Below, piece by piece: positions 50,711 to 63,732 of a stretch of 64,000 nt of DNA; the first letter of the stretch is position 1, and each line of letters starts with the position of its first letter. The position numbers and the translations under genes are program-made. The stretch is from Malacoraja senta. Taxonomy: Eukaryota. The stretch is taken from contig CM075977.1 of the NCBI GenBank assembly GCA_038087875.1, forward strand, positions 274,908,001 to 274,972,000, given 5' to 3'. The notes under the pieces are model-generated. The model saw only the letters and a list, made by a program, of their open reading frames with translations. It made no database searches and was not told where the DNA came from.

Positions 50711-50991
50711 TATTGGGTAGTTATCTTTTCTCAGCTGGTGCATTGTTGTCGAGTTGAGCTACAGGGAAATGTTTTACTTTTTTTGTTTTATTAAATTTTT
50801 GATGAATTTATCTGCTGTTTTTCTGCATAGTAATGTGCTGTAAAAAATCCTTGCCTTAGGCATTTAAGTGTGCCAGGTCCAACATTTAAAGATTTTTAAC
50901 TAGCTGGGCTGAAAGGTGCATTACTGGGCACAGTTTGCTGTACTGCAGATGTGCTGAGTGCCTGAGGAGCAGTGGCAGGAGTCTTTATTAC

Positions 50992-51030
50992 CTGACCACA
51001 GATGGTCGGTGTTATCGGTGGTGGGCACAT
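50992..51030 (-). CDS. Candidate first coding exon of ANXA10: MCPPPITPTICGQ
   Basis: TCCACCATG Kozak context and CAG|GTAATA donor in phase 0, in non-repeat sequence. ICGQ weakly resembles human MFCGDY, whose exon also ends in phase 0. Weak support only. Confidence 0.3.
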
Positions 51031-53263
51031 GGTGGATCGAAGTGAAGCGTCTCTTTCCTATTCTCAGCACCCTTGCAAACTGTGACATTTATTTCTTCTC
51101 CCTGCATGAATAGTGTTGCTACACAATGAAAACTGATGCAAGGTATTGTATTGATCTGTGGAGTGGCTTAAGGGAGAGATTGGAATTATGAATGCAACAG
51201 AGTGATAAAATAAACACAATTAGATCATGTCCTAATTTACCTTAAATTCCTAAGCTCTGGAAATTAGTTTGACTGGAATTACTTGCGATCACCGTGCCTC
51301 TTCCAATTCTGATAGATTACCTGTGGACAAATCTTCCTCAAGTTATTTGCACATGAAGTTAGTTTAGTTTATTGTCACGTGTATCAAGGTACATTGAAAA
51401 GCTTTTTTTGAGTACTATCCAGTCAGCAAAAGGACTACACATGATTACAGTCAAGTTGTCCACAGTGTACAGATACAGGATAAAGGGAATCACATTTAGT
51501 GCAAGATAAATTCCAGTAAAGTCTGATTAAAGATAGTCCGAGGGTCTCCATTGAGGTAGATGGTAGGTCAGGACAAACCTCTAGTTGGTGATAGGATGGT
51601 TCAATTACCTGATAACAGCTGGGAAGAAACTGTCTCTGAATCTGGAGGTGTGTGTTTTCTGTACCTCTTGCCTGATAGGAGAGGGGAGAAGAGAAGGGAT
51701 CTGCTTAAGGAAAATCCTGGAGAGTCATTGGAAATCCCAGCTATTCTATCGACATAATGCTTCAGAGTGAGGACCTCATGATTCTTTGGGAAAGGAAAGT
51801 AATTAATCTTGGAAGGCGAGGTCTAATTGCTTTATTACAGCCAAGGTTTGCAGCCAAGGTTTGGTGAAGCATATTCTCGGCGTGAATAAAATACAATCCA
51901 TGGAGTATGAACGAGGACGGATGTTTGATGGAGAAACAAGGAACTGCAGATGCTGGTTTACAAAAAATGACACAAAGTGCTGGAGTAACAGTGGATCAGG
52001 CAGTATCTCTGGAGAATATGGATAGTTATTGGGTTGGACCTGTTTGGTAATTTGTAGGTCTGATATTTGGCAAATTCTGAATGGGCCACAGGACCTTATT
52101 CTGCTCTGCTTGACCATATGGTATTAAGTTTACCAGTTTAATGGCACCAGAAATTTCAGACCAGTGGGTGTGAATGTGGGCATCTTCAGGCATTTCCTGA
52201 GTGATTGTTTGTAGATAAATCAGGAAGGAACTAATAATTGTGTGTACCTGCTTGTTACCAAAGCACTTGCCAGTTACCCATTTGGCAGACAATCCAGAAT
52301 GGTTAATTTGGGTAAGACTTGGGGACCATCTGCTGAAATTATGCAAAAAGTAAATAACTTATTTTGTACCTTCTGGAAGAAAGCTACATAAATCTTTCAT
52401 GTATAGATGTGGCAAGTATAGATATGATTTGTACTCTCCATTGAGCACTGCAGCACATTGTTCCATAAGTCTTCATTCCCTTCTCTCCTTTCCACCTCTC
52501 ACTCCTCCTTTAAGACATTAATGAAATGTATATTTAGGATCAGCTATTTGTCAGAACTAACTCTTCATCATTCTTTATATGGCTCAGTTTCAAACCTTGT
52601 TTGATAATGCCTGCGTGAGGCGGTGTGGGTTGCTTCACTACTGAGGTATTTACCACGCAGGTGCATCTTTTGATTGTTATGTGGTGAACCATTGGACTAG
52701 TCCTCCATGCCAGGAGTCTGAACTATGATAAAACCTGGTGGTACTTTTTTGTCAGGATGGTTAAAGTATCTGGCAAGTTATACAAGATTGCTAAAGTTTG
52801 GAAAAAAATCAAGCTCAAACTCGGTATTTCAATTAAACCAATTGCTACATAGTTGGAGATGGTGCCTTTTATTTAAGGAATTAAATCTCCCAGATAAAAG
52901 ATCTCATGATACCCTCTGAAGAGTGATTCTCCCCATAACATAACCAGACTAAATCCGTCAATTGATAGTGAAATCAGATGATCTGCTGTTTTGAACAAAA
53001 TGTCACATTTCCTATCACTGACTATGCTTCAAAAACTATTTAATTGATTGTTAATGCTTTGGAATCTCTATAGGTCATGAAGAGACTGTACAATGCAGTT
53101 ATCAATTTAAAATGCTACAATACCAATAGGCATTGTCACAAACCAGTAAAAGATAAAATGACCCAAATTATATTAAGACATTTCTCTTCCATAGAGAGAA
53201 CAATATGTTGACTAAACATAATTTTGGGACTCAGGTTAAAAGTACGGTGAGCTACCTCCTTGA

Positions 53264-54010
53264 TTTGATTTGATTTGATTTTTACTTTATTAATCCCCTT
53301 ATTCAGGGGAAATTCTGATGTCCTTGCAGCACACTAATAAAAATACAACATAGCATTAAGAAGTTTAACATTAAACATAAAAACATCCCCCCACAATGGT
53401 TCCCACTGTGGGGGAAGGCACAAAGTCCAGTCCCCATCCCCATGTCCACCCATAGTCGGGCCTATTGAGGCCTCCACATTCGCCACTACGGAGGCCCAAT
53501 GTTCCTGGCCGTTCTCGCCGGGTGATGGTACTCCGGCGTCGGGAGAACCCTCTCAGCAGCAGGCCGCACCACAGACCCGCGATGTTTTCACCGGCGGTCC
53601 CCGCAGCTGGCCGCTCCACAGACCCGCGGCTCCGCGATGTTTTTGTCAGCGGTCCCAGCATACCAGAGCTCCAGCGTGGCGACCCAGACAAGGCATCGCC
53701 CACTCCGCGATAGCGCTCCAGCGCTGTGCCGCCGCCGAAGCCGAGGTTCTGGCCAGGTCCCCTCAGGAAACGCCGCTCCAGGCCCCGCTGGTAGGCCGCG
53801 AGGACGGGTCGAAGGCGCTGCTCGGAGGAAGGCAACCCCTCCGACCAGGTAGGGACTTGAAAAGCAGTTTCCCCCTTCCCCCCCACCACCCCCCACACAT
53901 AAAAAGATTAGGCCCCCTGACTGCACACTCAATGTACTAAAAATAATAAAAAAGAAGGGAAAAAAAACAGACAGCTGCAGGACAGGCAGCCGTTCTGGAC
54001 AGCGCCTCCT
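53264..54010 (-). mobile_element. GC-rich non-autonomous retroposon, copy 1
   Basis: (TCAAA)n tail; CCTCCTTGA duplicated at 53255-53263 and 54011-54019; homologous to 62581-63423. Confidence 0.7.
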
Positions 54011-54117
54011 CCTCCTTGAACCTCTACATTGCTGTTGGATAGGGAGTTCTAGGATGTAGACTCAGTGACAAGAAAGATCTTCTGATATATTATCAAGCAA
54101 AGGTAAGGTGTAACTTG

Positions 54118-54860
54118 CATAGACATAAAATGCTGGAGCAACTCAACGGGACAGGCAGCATCTCTAGAGAGAAGGAATGGGTGACGTTTCGGGTCGAGGA
54201 CCTTCTTCAGACTGAAGTCAGGGGAGAGGGAGATACAGAGATAAGGAAGTGTAAGGTGTGAAAACGAGACAAAAGAGATGGGGATAAAGGAAAATGTAGA
54301 ATAGAACATTGTTAGCTGGGAGAAGATAACATTGTTAGCTGGGAGAAGAAGCAAGCAGAGATAAAATGTAATCGGAGACAGTCAAACTGTTTGGAGAATT
54401 GGGAAAGATGGAGAGAGAGGGAAACCAAGGGTTACTTGAAGTTAGAGGTCAATGTCCATACTGCTGGGTTATAAGCTGCCCAAGCGAAATGTTCCTACAA
54501 TTTGTGCTAAGCCTCACTCTGACAATGGGGGAGTTCCAGGACAGAAAGGTCAGTGTTGGAATGGGAAGGGGAGTTAAAGTGTTTAGCAACCGGGAGATCA
54601 GGTAGGTTTTGGAGGACTCAGCTGAGGTGTTCAGTGAAATGATAGCAGATAAATAGGAATCTACAGCTGGAATAGTAGATACAGTAGATGAGTTTGGAGG
54701 AGGTGCAAGTGAACCTTTGCCTCACCTGAAAAGACTATCAGGGTCCTTGGATGGAGTCGAGGGGATATAGGGAATGTCTCCCATTCGATCTCTCCAGAGA
54801 TGCTGCCAGTCCTGCTGAGATACTCCAGCATTTTGTGTCTATATTCAGTTTAAATCAGCA
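54118..54860 (-). mobile_element. PLE 3' fragment with a hammerhead-like core (54183-54210) and an inverted terminal piece
   Basis: GIY-YIG-region similarity at 54420-54765; sense-oriented terminal repeat at 54775-54860. Confidence 0.75.
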
Positions 54861-54861
54861 T

Positions 54862-56180
54862 CGGTCAAAGTCAGCATGGATTTATGAAGGGCAAATCATG
54901 GTTGACTAATCTTCTGGAATTTTTTGAGGATGTAAACAAGTAGAATGAATAAGGGAGAGCCAGCGGATGTGGTGTATCTGGACTTTCAAAAAGCCTTTGA
55001 CAAGGTCCCACACAAGAGATTAGTATGCAAAATTAGAGCACATGGTATTGAGGGTAGGGTATTGACATGGATAGAGAACTGTTTGGCAGACAGAAAGGAA
55101 AGAGTAGGAATTAACAGGTTATTTTCAGAATGGCAAGGAAGTTTTAGTGGGGTGCCGCAAGGCTCGGTGCTTGGAACCCGGTTATTTACAATATATATGA
55201 ACAATTTAGATGAGGGAATTAAATGTAACATCTCCAATTTTGCGGATAACACAATGCTGGGTGGCAGTGTGGCTGCGAAGAAGATGCTATGAGGCTACAG
55301 GGTGACTTGGATAGGTTGGGTGAGTGGGCAGATGCATGGCAGATGTAGTTACACTATAATGTGGATAAATGTGAGGTTATCCACTTTGGTGGCAAGAACA
55401 GGCAGGCAGATTATTATCTCAATGGTGTCAGATTAGGAAAAGGGGAAGTACAACGAGACCTGGGTGTGCTTCAACATCAGTCATTGAAAGTAAGCATGTA
55501 GGTACAGCAGGCATTGAAGAAAACTTATGGCATGTTGACCTTCATTGCGAGAGGATCTGAGTTTAGGAGCAAGGAAGTCCTACTGTAGTTGTACAGGGCC
55601 CTGGTGAGACCACACCTGGAGTATTGTGTGCAGTTTTGGTCTCCTAATTTGAGGAAGGACATTCTTGCTATTGAGGGAGTGGAGCGTAGGTTTACCAGGT
55701 TAATACCCGGGAATGCGAAACTGACATATGATGAAAGAATGGGTCGACTGAGCTTGTATTCACTGGAATTTAGAAGGATGAGAGGAGATCTTATAGAAAC
55801 ATATCACATTCTTAAAGGATTGGACAGGCTAATTGCAAGAAAAATGCTCCCGATGTTGTGGGAGTCCAGAACCAGAGGTCACAGTTTAAGAATAAGGGGT
55901 AGGCCATTTAGGGCTGAGATGAGGAAAAACTTCTTCACCCAGAGGGTTGTGAATCTGTGGAATTCTCTGCCACAGAAGGCAGTGGAGGCCAATTCACTGG
56001 ATGTTTTCTAGAGAGAGTTAGATTTAGCTCTTAGGGCTAATGGAATCAAGGGATATGTGGAAAAACCTGGAAGGGGGTACTGATTTTAGATGATCAGCCA
56101 TGATTATATTGAATGGCGGTGCTGGCTCGAAGGGCTGAATGGCCTACTCCTGTGTCTATTTTTCTATGTTTCTGTTTCTA
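54862..56180 (+). mobile_element. CR1 LINE (RT domain to 3' tail), frameshifted
   Basis: VYLDFQKAFDKVPH, GVPQGSVLG, FADN, YRALVRPHLEYCVQFW; (TTTCTATG)n tail. Confidence 0.92.
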
Positions 56181-56369
56181 TGCAGTTTTCCTACACAGAT
56201 GTAACTTGAAGATGGATGTGGTAGGGTTTGTATTGCCATGGGACCAGGCTCTGCGAGTGAGTGCAGTGTAGTTAACCACAGTGTGATGGTAATGGAGGCT
56301 CTCAATGTTTAAGGTGTTGAATGAGGGGTGTTGATCAAACAAACAGCTAACAATGGTCCACAGTATTTC

Positions 56370-56603
56370 CTTTAACACCGTAACTTTTTTGTGTATCTTT
56401 CATTCATTTGTTCTATATCTCTCTACATCACCATCTACTGTATATCTCTCGTTTCGCTCTCCCGACTCGCAGTCTGAAGAAGGGTCTCGACCTGAAACGT
56501 CACCCATTCTTTTTCTCCAGAGATGCTGTCTGTCCCGCTGAGTTACTCCAGCATTTTGTGTCTATCTTTGGTTTAAAGCACCATCTGCAGTTGCTTCCCA
56601 CAC
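56370..56603 (+). mobile_element. PLE-derived repeat with a near-intact hammerhead-like core (56474-56501)
   Basis: CTGAAGAAGGGTCTCGACCTGAAACGTC, one C>T change in stem II. Confidence 0.75.
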
Positions 56604-57904
56604 AATCAATCTGCTATGTCCTGGGTATTGTTGCTTGAGAGCTTCTTGAGAGTTGCTGGCAGTGCATTCAACTGGGCAAGTAGAGGTTGGTTCACTATGC
56701 TCCTAACTTGCTCGCTGTAGCTAGTGAAGAGGGTTAAACATGTCAGGAAGTAAATCACTTGTCACAAGATACTCAATCTCTAACTTGGCAGTTACCATCG
56801 CAACTAAACCTACCACATAAATTCTCTGACTATAAGAGCTCTTGTAGCCAGAGAATTTAAGCGGCCATTTTAGTTGAGTTTATGAGCAATGGTGATTTTC
56901 AAGTTATAAATGTTGGGATCTCTGTGATGTTAATACCATTGAATATCAAAAATAGGTGGTTACACGCTCCCGTTTTGGAGCAAGGCATTGCCTGGCATTT
57001 TGGTGAAGTGAATATTACATGCCAATTATTGATCCAAGCGTGAAAGATGTCTAAATCTTGCAGCATGGGCTGCTTTGTTTGCTGATGTGTTGCGACTGAA
57101 ATTGAACTATGTGAAATTATTAAAAAGCATCAGCTGAGAAAATATTGGGCCTCAGACACTGGCTCGAGGATCTCCTGCTGTGCCGAATCCTGTCTCGACC
57201 CGAAACATCACCCATTACTTCTCTCCAGAGATGCTGCCTGTCCCGCACAGATACTCCAGCATTTTATGTCCATCTTCGGTTTAAACCAGCATCTGCAGTT
57301 CCTTCCAACACAGTCCTGACCTACCATCTACCTTATTGGAGACTTTCAAACTATCTTTAATTGGACTTTTCTGAACTTTATTTTGCACTAAACGTTATTC
57401 CCTTTATTCTGCGTCTGTATACTGTGGGCGTCTTGATTGTAATCATGTATCGTCTTTCCGCTGGGTGGATAGCATGCGACAAAAAATATTTTCATTGTAC
57501 CTCAGTGCACATGACAGTAATAAACTAAACTAAGAAGGCAGTACCTCACCATTATCTTCTCGTGCACTTAGAGAAGATAATGCACTTGTTGGCTCTGCCT
57601 GTGAAGCCGACATCCCTTGAATGAATGAAAAAATATTCTGTTGTGGTTTAAAGAATAATGGGAAAGAGTAGATCTTTAAAAGAGGGCTTAATGGTTTCAA
57701 TGGTTTCAAACACAGTGGAAAGCATTCAGAATGCCACCTAACAATGGAGCCAGAAAAGGGAATTGGCTGCTCAGCAACTTAATGAGAATGGGGATTAATG
57801 AAGGGGAGAAGCTGGCATGGATTTACAAGGGGGCTCGACAATGATCGAGGAGAGCATTGGGAAAACTGAATGTGTTGGAGAAGGGGGTTGGGAATGAGGA
57901 GGTC

Positions 57905-58460
57905 ATGAGGTCATAAGTATTAGGAGCAGAATTAGGCCATTCGGCCCATCAAGTCTACCGCCATTCAATTATGGCTGATCTATCTCTCCTTCCTAACCCT
58001 ATTCTCCTGCCTTCTCCCCGTAACCCCTGACACCCATACTAATTAAGGATCTATCTATCTCTGCCTTAACAATATCCATTGACAGCCTCCACAGCCTTTT
58101 GTGGCAAATAATTCCACAGATTCACCACCCTCTGACTAAATACATTTCTCCTCATCTCCTTCCTAAAGGAAAGTCCTTTAATTCTGAGGCAATAACCTCT
58201 AGTCCTAGATTCTCCCACTAATGAAAACATCCTCTCCACATCCACTCTATCCAAGCCTTTCATTATTCTGTACGTTTCAATGAGGTCCCCCTCATCCTTT
58301 TAAACTCCAGCGAGTACAGACCCAATGGTGTCAAACGCTCATCATATGTTAACCCACTCATTCCTGGGATCATTCTTGTAAACCTCCTCTGGACTCTCTC
58401 CACGGCCAGCACATCCTTCCTCTGATATGGTGCCCAAAATTGATCACAATACTCCAAATT
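57905..58460 (-). mobile_element. CR1 LINE 3' end
   Basis: EYCDQFWAPY...RRFTRMIPGM; GESRTRG...FSQRVVNLWN. Confidence 0.9.
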
Positions 58461-59194
58461 GAGGAGGGAAGCATTAGAACAGCTGAACAGATTATGTCAA
58501 TCGTTCTGAACTCTGGGTGTTTTTTTTTAACAAAGCACAGACTTTTTCTTTAGTGGCTTAGTGCAAATTTGAGATTTATAGAAGCAGATTACGAATGAGC
58601 GGAGGGAAGCCGAAAATGAAAAATTCTGCTGAGTGCCTTCCAAAGGGTTTTTTTGGGGTAAATAATTTAAAAGAAACATTTTTGGTCCTTGAGCAAAAAT
58701 TAACCGTCAGTCATTAAATTGCTTCATGACCTCCAGACGGTAGAAATTTGAAAATGACAGTATGACTGCACCAGTATTGTACAGGAATAGCTCCAAGTCA
58801 ATCTTAAAGCAGGAGATGTATATTGATGTAAATGTAACATTTGTCACAGTGATTAATGAATCATTGCTCTCACTGCCCCCAGTCAAATTGAATTTGCATC
58901 AGGCTTTGCTTTAGATAGAGCTTCAGCAAAATCTGAATAATACCTGGATCCAGTAGGTACAAGCAGAACATTATTTTACTTAATTTTTCTCAACTAATTT
59001 GGAGACCTGCTGTTCATTGTATTTTAATGATTTGGAACATGGTAAATCTGAGAGTTCATGACTTGTACATGGCAATACATCTTTCTTTCAGGCCTGTACT
59101 TCCTTTCATGTTAATGTTCTAATAATTATAACAGTCATGTAATAAAGATATTTATTAAAATCAGTCATTTACAAATCCGTTCAAATCTATTCAT

Positions 59195-59500
59195 CGGCAC
59201 AGCGGCACAAGTAGTAGCGCCAAACAGGTGCTGTCTTTGGAGCTTGCATGTACTTCCTGTGAACATGTAGGTTTCCTTTGGGTGCTCCTGCTTCCTCCCA
59301 CAACCCCAAAGATGTATGGAATCAGTTGGATCATTATTTGACCACAACAAATTCCCCTTGGAGCATAGGTGATTTATACAAACTTTGGGAAGTTGATGAA
59401 ATGTAGGGAAGACGGCATTAACATAGGATTAATGTAAATAAGTGGTTAATGGACAGTACAAACGTAGTGGCAGACGTTGCATGTTTCCATGCTGTATCTC
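59195..59500 (+). mobile_element. Old V-SINE
   Basis: Degenerate V-domain and tail. Confidence 0.55.
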
Positions 59501-60020
59501 TATACGAGTTTACTCATTTTAAAGTAATATTAGTTAGAGATTCTATTGAAAGTAAAATTAGATTGAATGTATTGTAGTTGGTACGTGGGAGTCGTGGGAC
59601 AAGGCAGTGTGCCAGTTTATGCAAGCTTGCCATATACTTTTCTGCACAAGGATAATGGATTAATACGCAATAGATAAGACCTAAAAAGGTAATATTCCCC
59701 GAAGCTCTTCACTTGTTATCTCCCGGCATTGTGGAGAGTGCAGATCATTGAGGAGACATGTGAGGCAATGGATTGGTATATTAGGGATATGATCACAGTG
59801 GGTGTGGATATTGGGGAGTGATGTTCTGTGAGTTGGAAGAGGGAGAGGCAAAGGGGGTAGATTTATGGATTTGAATTGTATCATGGTCAAGACATTTGGC
59901 TCGAAAGGCCAAGGTGGTGGGTTGCTTGAGGCTGAAGAGATGATCAAGGATGAAAATGGATTAGCGATGGTAGGCGGGAGGGATTGGGGAAGTAAATGGG
60001 AGATTTGTCAAGAAGAACCA

Positions 60021-60270
60021 GACTACGGGTGCTTGTCTGCACGGAGTTTGTACGTTCTCCTCATGGCCTGCGTGGATTTTCTTTGAGATCTTCGGTTTCC
60101 TTCCACACTTCTAAGACGTACAGGTTTGTAAGTTAATTGGCTTGGTATAAATGTAAAAAATTGCCCATAGGATAGTGTTAATGTGCAGGGATCGCTGGTC
60201 GTTGCAGACTCGGTGGGCTGAAGAGCCTGTTTCCATGCTGAATCTCTGAACTAAACTAAACTAAACTAAA
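60021..60270 (+). mobile_element. V-SINE, 5'-truncated
   Basis: V-domain and (TAAAC)n tail. Confidence 0.8.
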
Positions 60271-60409
60271 CAATGGCTTTATCCCATTGCATACACTTTT
60301 TTTCGTTCAAACTGGATTTTAAACCCATCTTTGTATCATCAGCCAAACTTTGATATGTTTTCAATGGTTGAATAAAAATTGGATTCATTTATAATATAAA
60401 TTTGGACCA

Positions 60410-60765
60410 GCTAGATGTAGGAACATGTTCCCAATGATGGAGGAGTCCAGAACCAGGGGCCACATCTAAGAATAAAGGGGAGGCCATTTAAAACTGAGAT
60501 GAGAAAAAAACTTTTTCACCCAGAGAGTTGTGAATTTGTGGAATTCTCTGCCACAGAAGGCAGTAGAGGCTAATTCACTGGATGAATTTAAAAGAGAGTT
60601 AGATAGAGCTCCTGGGGCTAGCAGAATCAAGGGATATGGGGAGAAGGCAGGCATGGGTTACTGATTGTGGATGATCAGCCATGATCACAATGAATGGCGG
60701 TGCAGGCTCGAAGGGCCAAATGGCCTCCTCCTGCACCTATTTTCTATGTTTCTATGTTTCTATGA
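60410..60765 (+). mobile_element. CR1 LINE 3' end
   Basis: Same 3' UTR and (TTTCTATG)n tail as 54862-56180. Confidence 0.88.
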
Positions 60766-61949
60766 ATGGTACTTTATTATCACATGTACATAGGTACAGG
60801 GAAATTCCTTTTTTTTGCATACAGTAAAAATCTTTCTATATACAGGTACGATTATTTTCTGTTTTTACCAAGAAAGACAGGAGCACTGAGGAACTTGGGG
60901 CAGTCAATCGGAGTGTCTTGAGAGCAGTCAGTGTTATGGTTGAGGAGATGCCGGAGGTACTATCATGTATGAAGGTAGACAAATCTCCCGCGGCGTATCA
61001 GATATATCCGAGGACACTGTGGGAAACTAGAGAGGAAATTGCAGAAGCCCTGGGTGAAATTTATGCGTCGTCATTAAATACAGGTGAGGTTCCGGAAAAC
61101 TGCAGTGTGACAAATGTTGTGCCTATTCAAGAAGGGCTGAAGGGAAAATGCTGGGAACTATAGGGCAGTGAGCTTAACATCTGTAGCTGGAGAGTTGCTG
61201 GAATGTATTCTGAGGGATAGGATATATATGCATTTAGATGGACAAGGGCTGATTAGCGAGAGTCTGCATGGTTTTGTATGTAAGTATGTCTCACAAATCT
61301 GATTGAGTTTTTGAAGATGAGACCAAAAAGTTTGATGAGGACAGAGCTGTAGATGTTGTATAAATGGACTTTAGCAAAATATTCGACAAGGTTCCACATG
61401 GTAGGCTGCTCTGGAAGGTTAGATCGCATGGGATCCAAGGAGAGATAAATGAATGGATAGAAAATTGTCTTTATGGAAGGAAGCAGAGTGTGATTGTGGA
61501 AGATTGTTTCTCGGACTGGAGGCCTGTGACTAGTGGTGCGCCTCAGGGTTCGGTGCTGGGCCCGTTAGTGTTTGTCATCTACATTAATGATTCGGATGAG
61601 AACATAGAGGGCAAGATCAGCAAGTTTGCAGATCATACAAAAGTGGGTGGTTTTGCAGATAGTGAAGACGGGTGTGAAAAATTGCAGCAGGATCTTGATC
61701 AATTGGCCAGGTGGACTGATGGAAGGTTGATGGAATTTAATACAGAGAAATGAGAGGTGTTACATTTTGGGAAGTCTAACATGGGCAGGACCTACATAGT
61801 GAATGGTAGGGCTTGGGGGAGTGGTGTAGAGCAGAGGGATCTCGGAGTGCAGGTACATAGTTCCTTGAAGGAGCTCTCAGAGGTAGATAGAGTGGTCAAA
61901 AAGGCTTTTGGGACATTGGCCTTCATCAGACAGAGTATTGAGTATAGAA

Positions 61950-62283
61950 TATGTAGGGTGGAACTGCATGTGTTGGTTTAAATCAAAGACAGACACAAAA
62001 ATCTTGTACTAATTTTATGTTGTCCTGTTGAGTTCCACTGCCTTTATAACTCGTTATCACCTATCCCACAGCCTACAATGGACCATTGTGGGCTAAACCT
62101 TTCCTTGATTATCATTGCTTTCTGCATATCTTCTATTAATTTGTCCTCAGTTTTGTCTATATCTCTTATTTCCTTCTCCCCTCTATCTCAATCTGAAGAA
62201 GGGTCTCAACCTGAAATGTCACTTATTCCTTTTCTCCTGAGATGCTGCCTAACACGTTGATTTACTTGAGCTTTTTTATGTCT
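61950..62283. mobile_element. PLE-derived insertion with an inverted arm and 15-bp TSD
   Basis: GTATTGAGTATAGAA at 61935-61949 and 62284-62298; degenerate hammerhead core at about 62193-62220. Confidence 0.8.
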
Positions 62284-62580
62284 GTATTGAGTATAGAAGT
62301 AGGGAGATTATGTTGCAGTTATATAAGATTAACTATTTACATTATTGTGTTCAGTTCCGGGCACCATGTTACAGGAAAGATGTTGTCAAGTTTGAAAGGG
62401 TACAGAGAAGATTTACAAGTATGTTGTCAGGACTCGAGGGCCTGTGCTATAGGGAGAGGTTGAGCAGGCTAGGACTCTATTGCTTGTAGCGCAGGAGGAA
62501 GAAGGTGATCTTATAGAGGTGTATAAAATCATGAGAGGAATAGATCAAGTAGACATACAGAGTCTTTTGACCAGAATAGG

Positions 62581-63423
62581 GGACAAAGGGCAAAGGACAA
62601 AGGACATTTATTGCCACATACACCAATTGGTGTAGTGAAATTTGAGTTGCCATTTGCAGCACACCAATAATAATAAAACACAACATTAATGAATTTAACA
62701 TAAAACATAAAAACATCCCCCCACAATAGTTCCCACTGTGAGGGAAGGCAGCAAAGTCCAGTCCTCTTCCTCTTGTTCACCCATGGTCGGGCCTATTGAG
62801 GCCTCCGCAGTCGCCGCGACGGTGGCCCGATGTTTCAGGCCCGCTCGCCGGATGATGGAGCTCCGTCGTCGGAAGAATACTCTCAGCGGCTTGGAGTGTC
62901 TGGAACGGCCGCTTCCTCCCCGGAGACCGCGGCTCCCGAAGTCCACAAGCCGCGCTGGTCGGAGCTCCAACACTGCTGATCTCGGCGAAAGATCCCAGGC
63001 TCTGCAGTGTTTAAAGTCAGCGCCGCCTGCGGCTGGATGCTCCGCAACCACAGCTCCGCAATGTTGGAGTCGGCGGTCTCAGCACTCCGGGGCTTACCAC
63101 ACGGCGACCCGGGTAAGGCATCACCCGCTCCGCGATGGTGCTTCAGCGCTGCACCGCCGCCGAAGCTGAAGTTCTGGCCGGTCCCGGCAGGAAACGCCGC
63201 TCCAGTCCCGTTGGTAGGCCGTGGGGAAGGGGCGAAGATGTGGCTCGGAGGAAAGCCGCATCTCCATCCAGGTAGGGACTGAGAAATACAGTTGCCCCCT
63301 CCCCCCCCCCCCACATAAAAAGACAAGACCTCCAAAACAAAAACTTTTTAACACACTAAAAATAAAAAAGGGGTGAAAGGACAAACAGCTGCAGGCAGGG
63401 CAGCCATACTCGACGGCGCCCTC
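62581..63423 (-). mobile_element. GC-rich non-autonomous retroposon, copy 2
   Basis: (TCCTTTG)n tail after AATAAA; shares blocks with 53264-54010. Confidence 0.7.
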
Positions 63424-63732
63424 ACTCGAATCGTTTAAGGTGAAGATTTAATAAGAATCTGAGGGGTAGCATGGTGGGTGTAGGGAACAAGCTGCCAGAG
63501 GAGGTAGTTGAGGCAGAGACAATTGTAACATTTAAGAAAGAACTTGACAGGTATGTGGATAGGACAGATTTAGAGATATATGGGCGAAGAGATGGCAGGT
63601 GGGGATGTTGTAGATGGGTCATGTTGGTTGGTATGGGCAAGTTGGGCCAATGGTTCTGTTTCCATGCTGAATGGCTCTATGACTCCATGCCTTTAAGTAC
63701 AGAAGTGTAAGAACATTAGATTACACTGAGGC

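Larger units (their letters stand above)
60860..63690 (+). mobile_element. CR1 LINE (RT to tail) interrupted at 61950-62283 and 62581-63423
   Basis: DFSKIFDKVPH, GAPQGSVLGP, KFADHTK; the tail resumes at about 63430. Confidence 0.88.

Noticed and set aside
53371-53932. Long overlapping ORFs here, at 62695-63384 and at 47277-47867
   Set aside because: By-product of high GC content in repeats; open in several frames with no recognisable domain.
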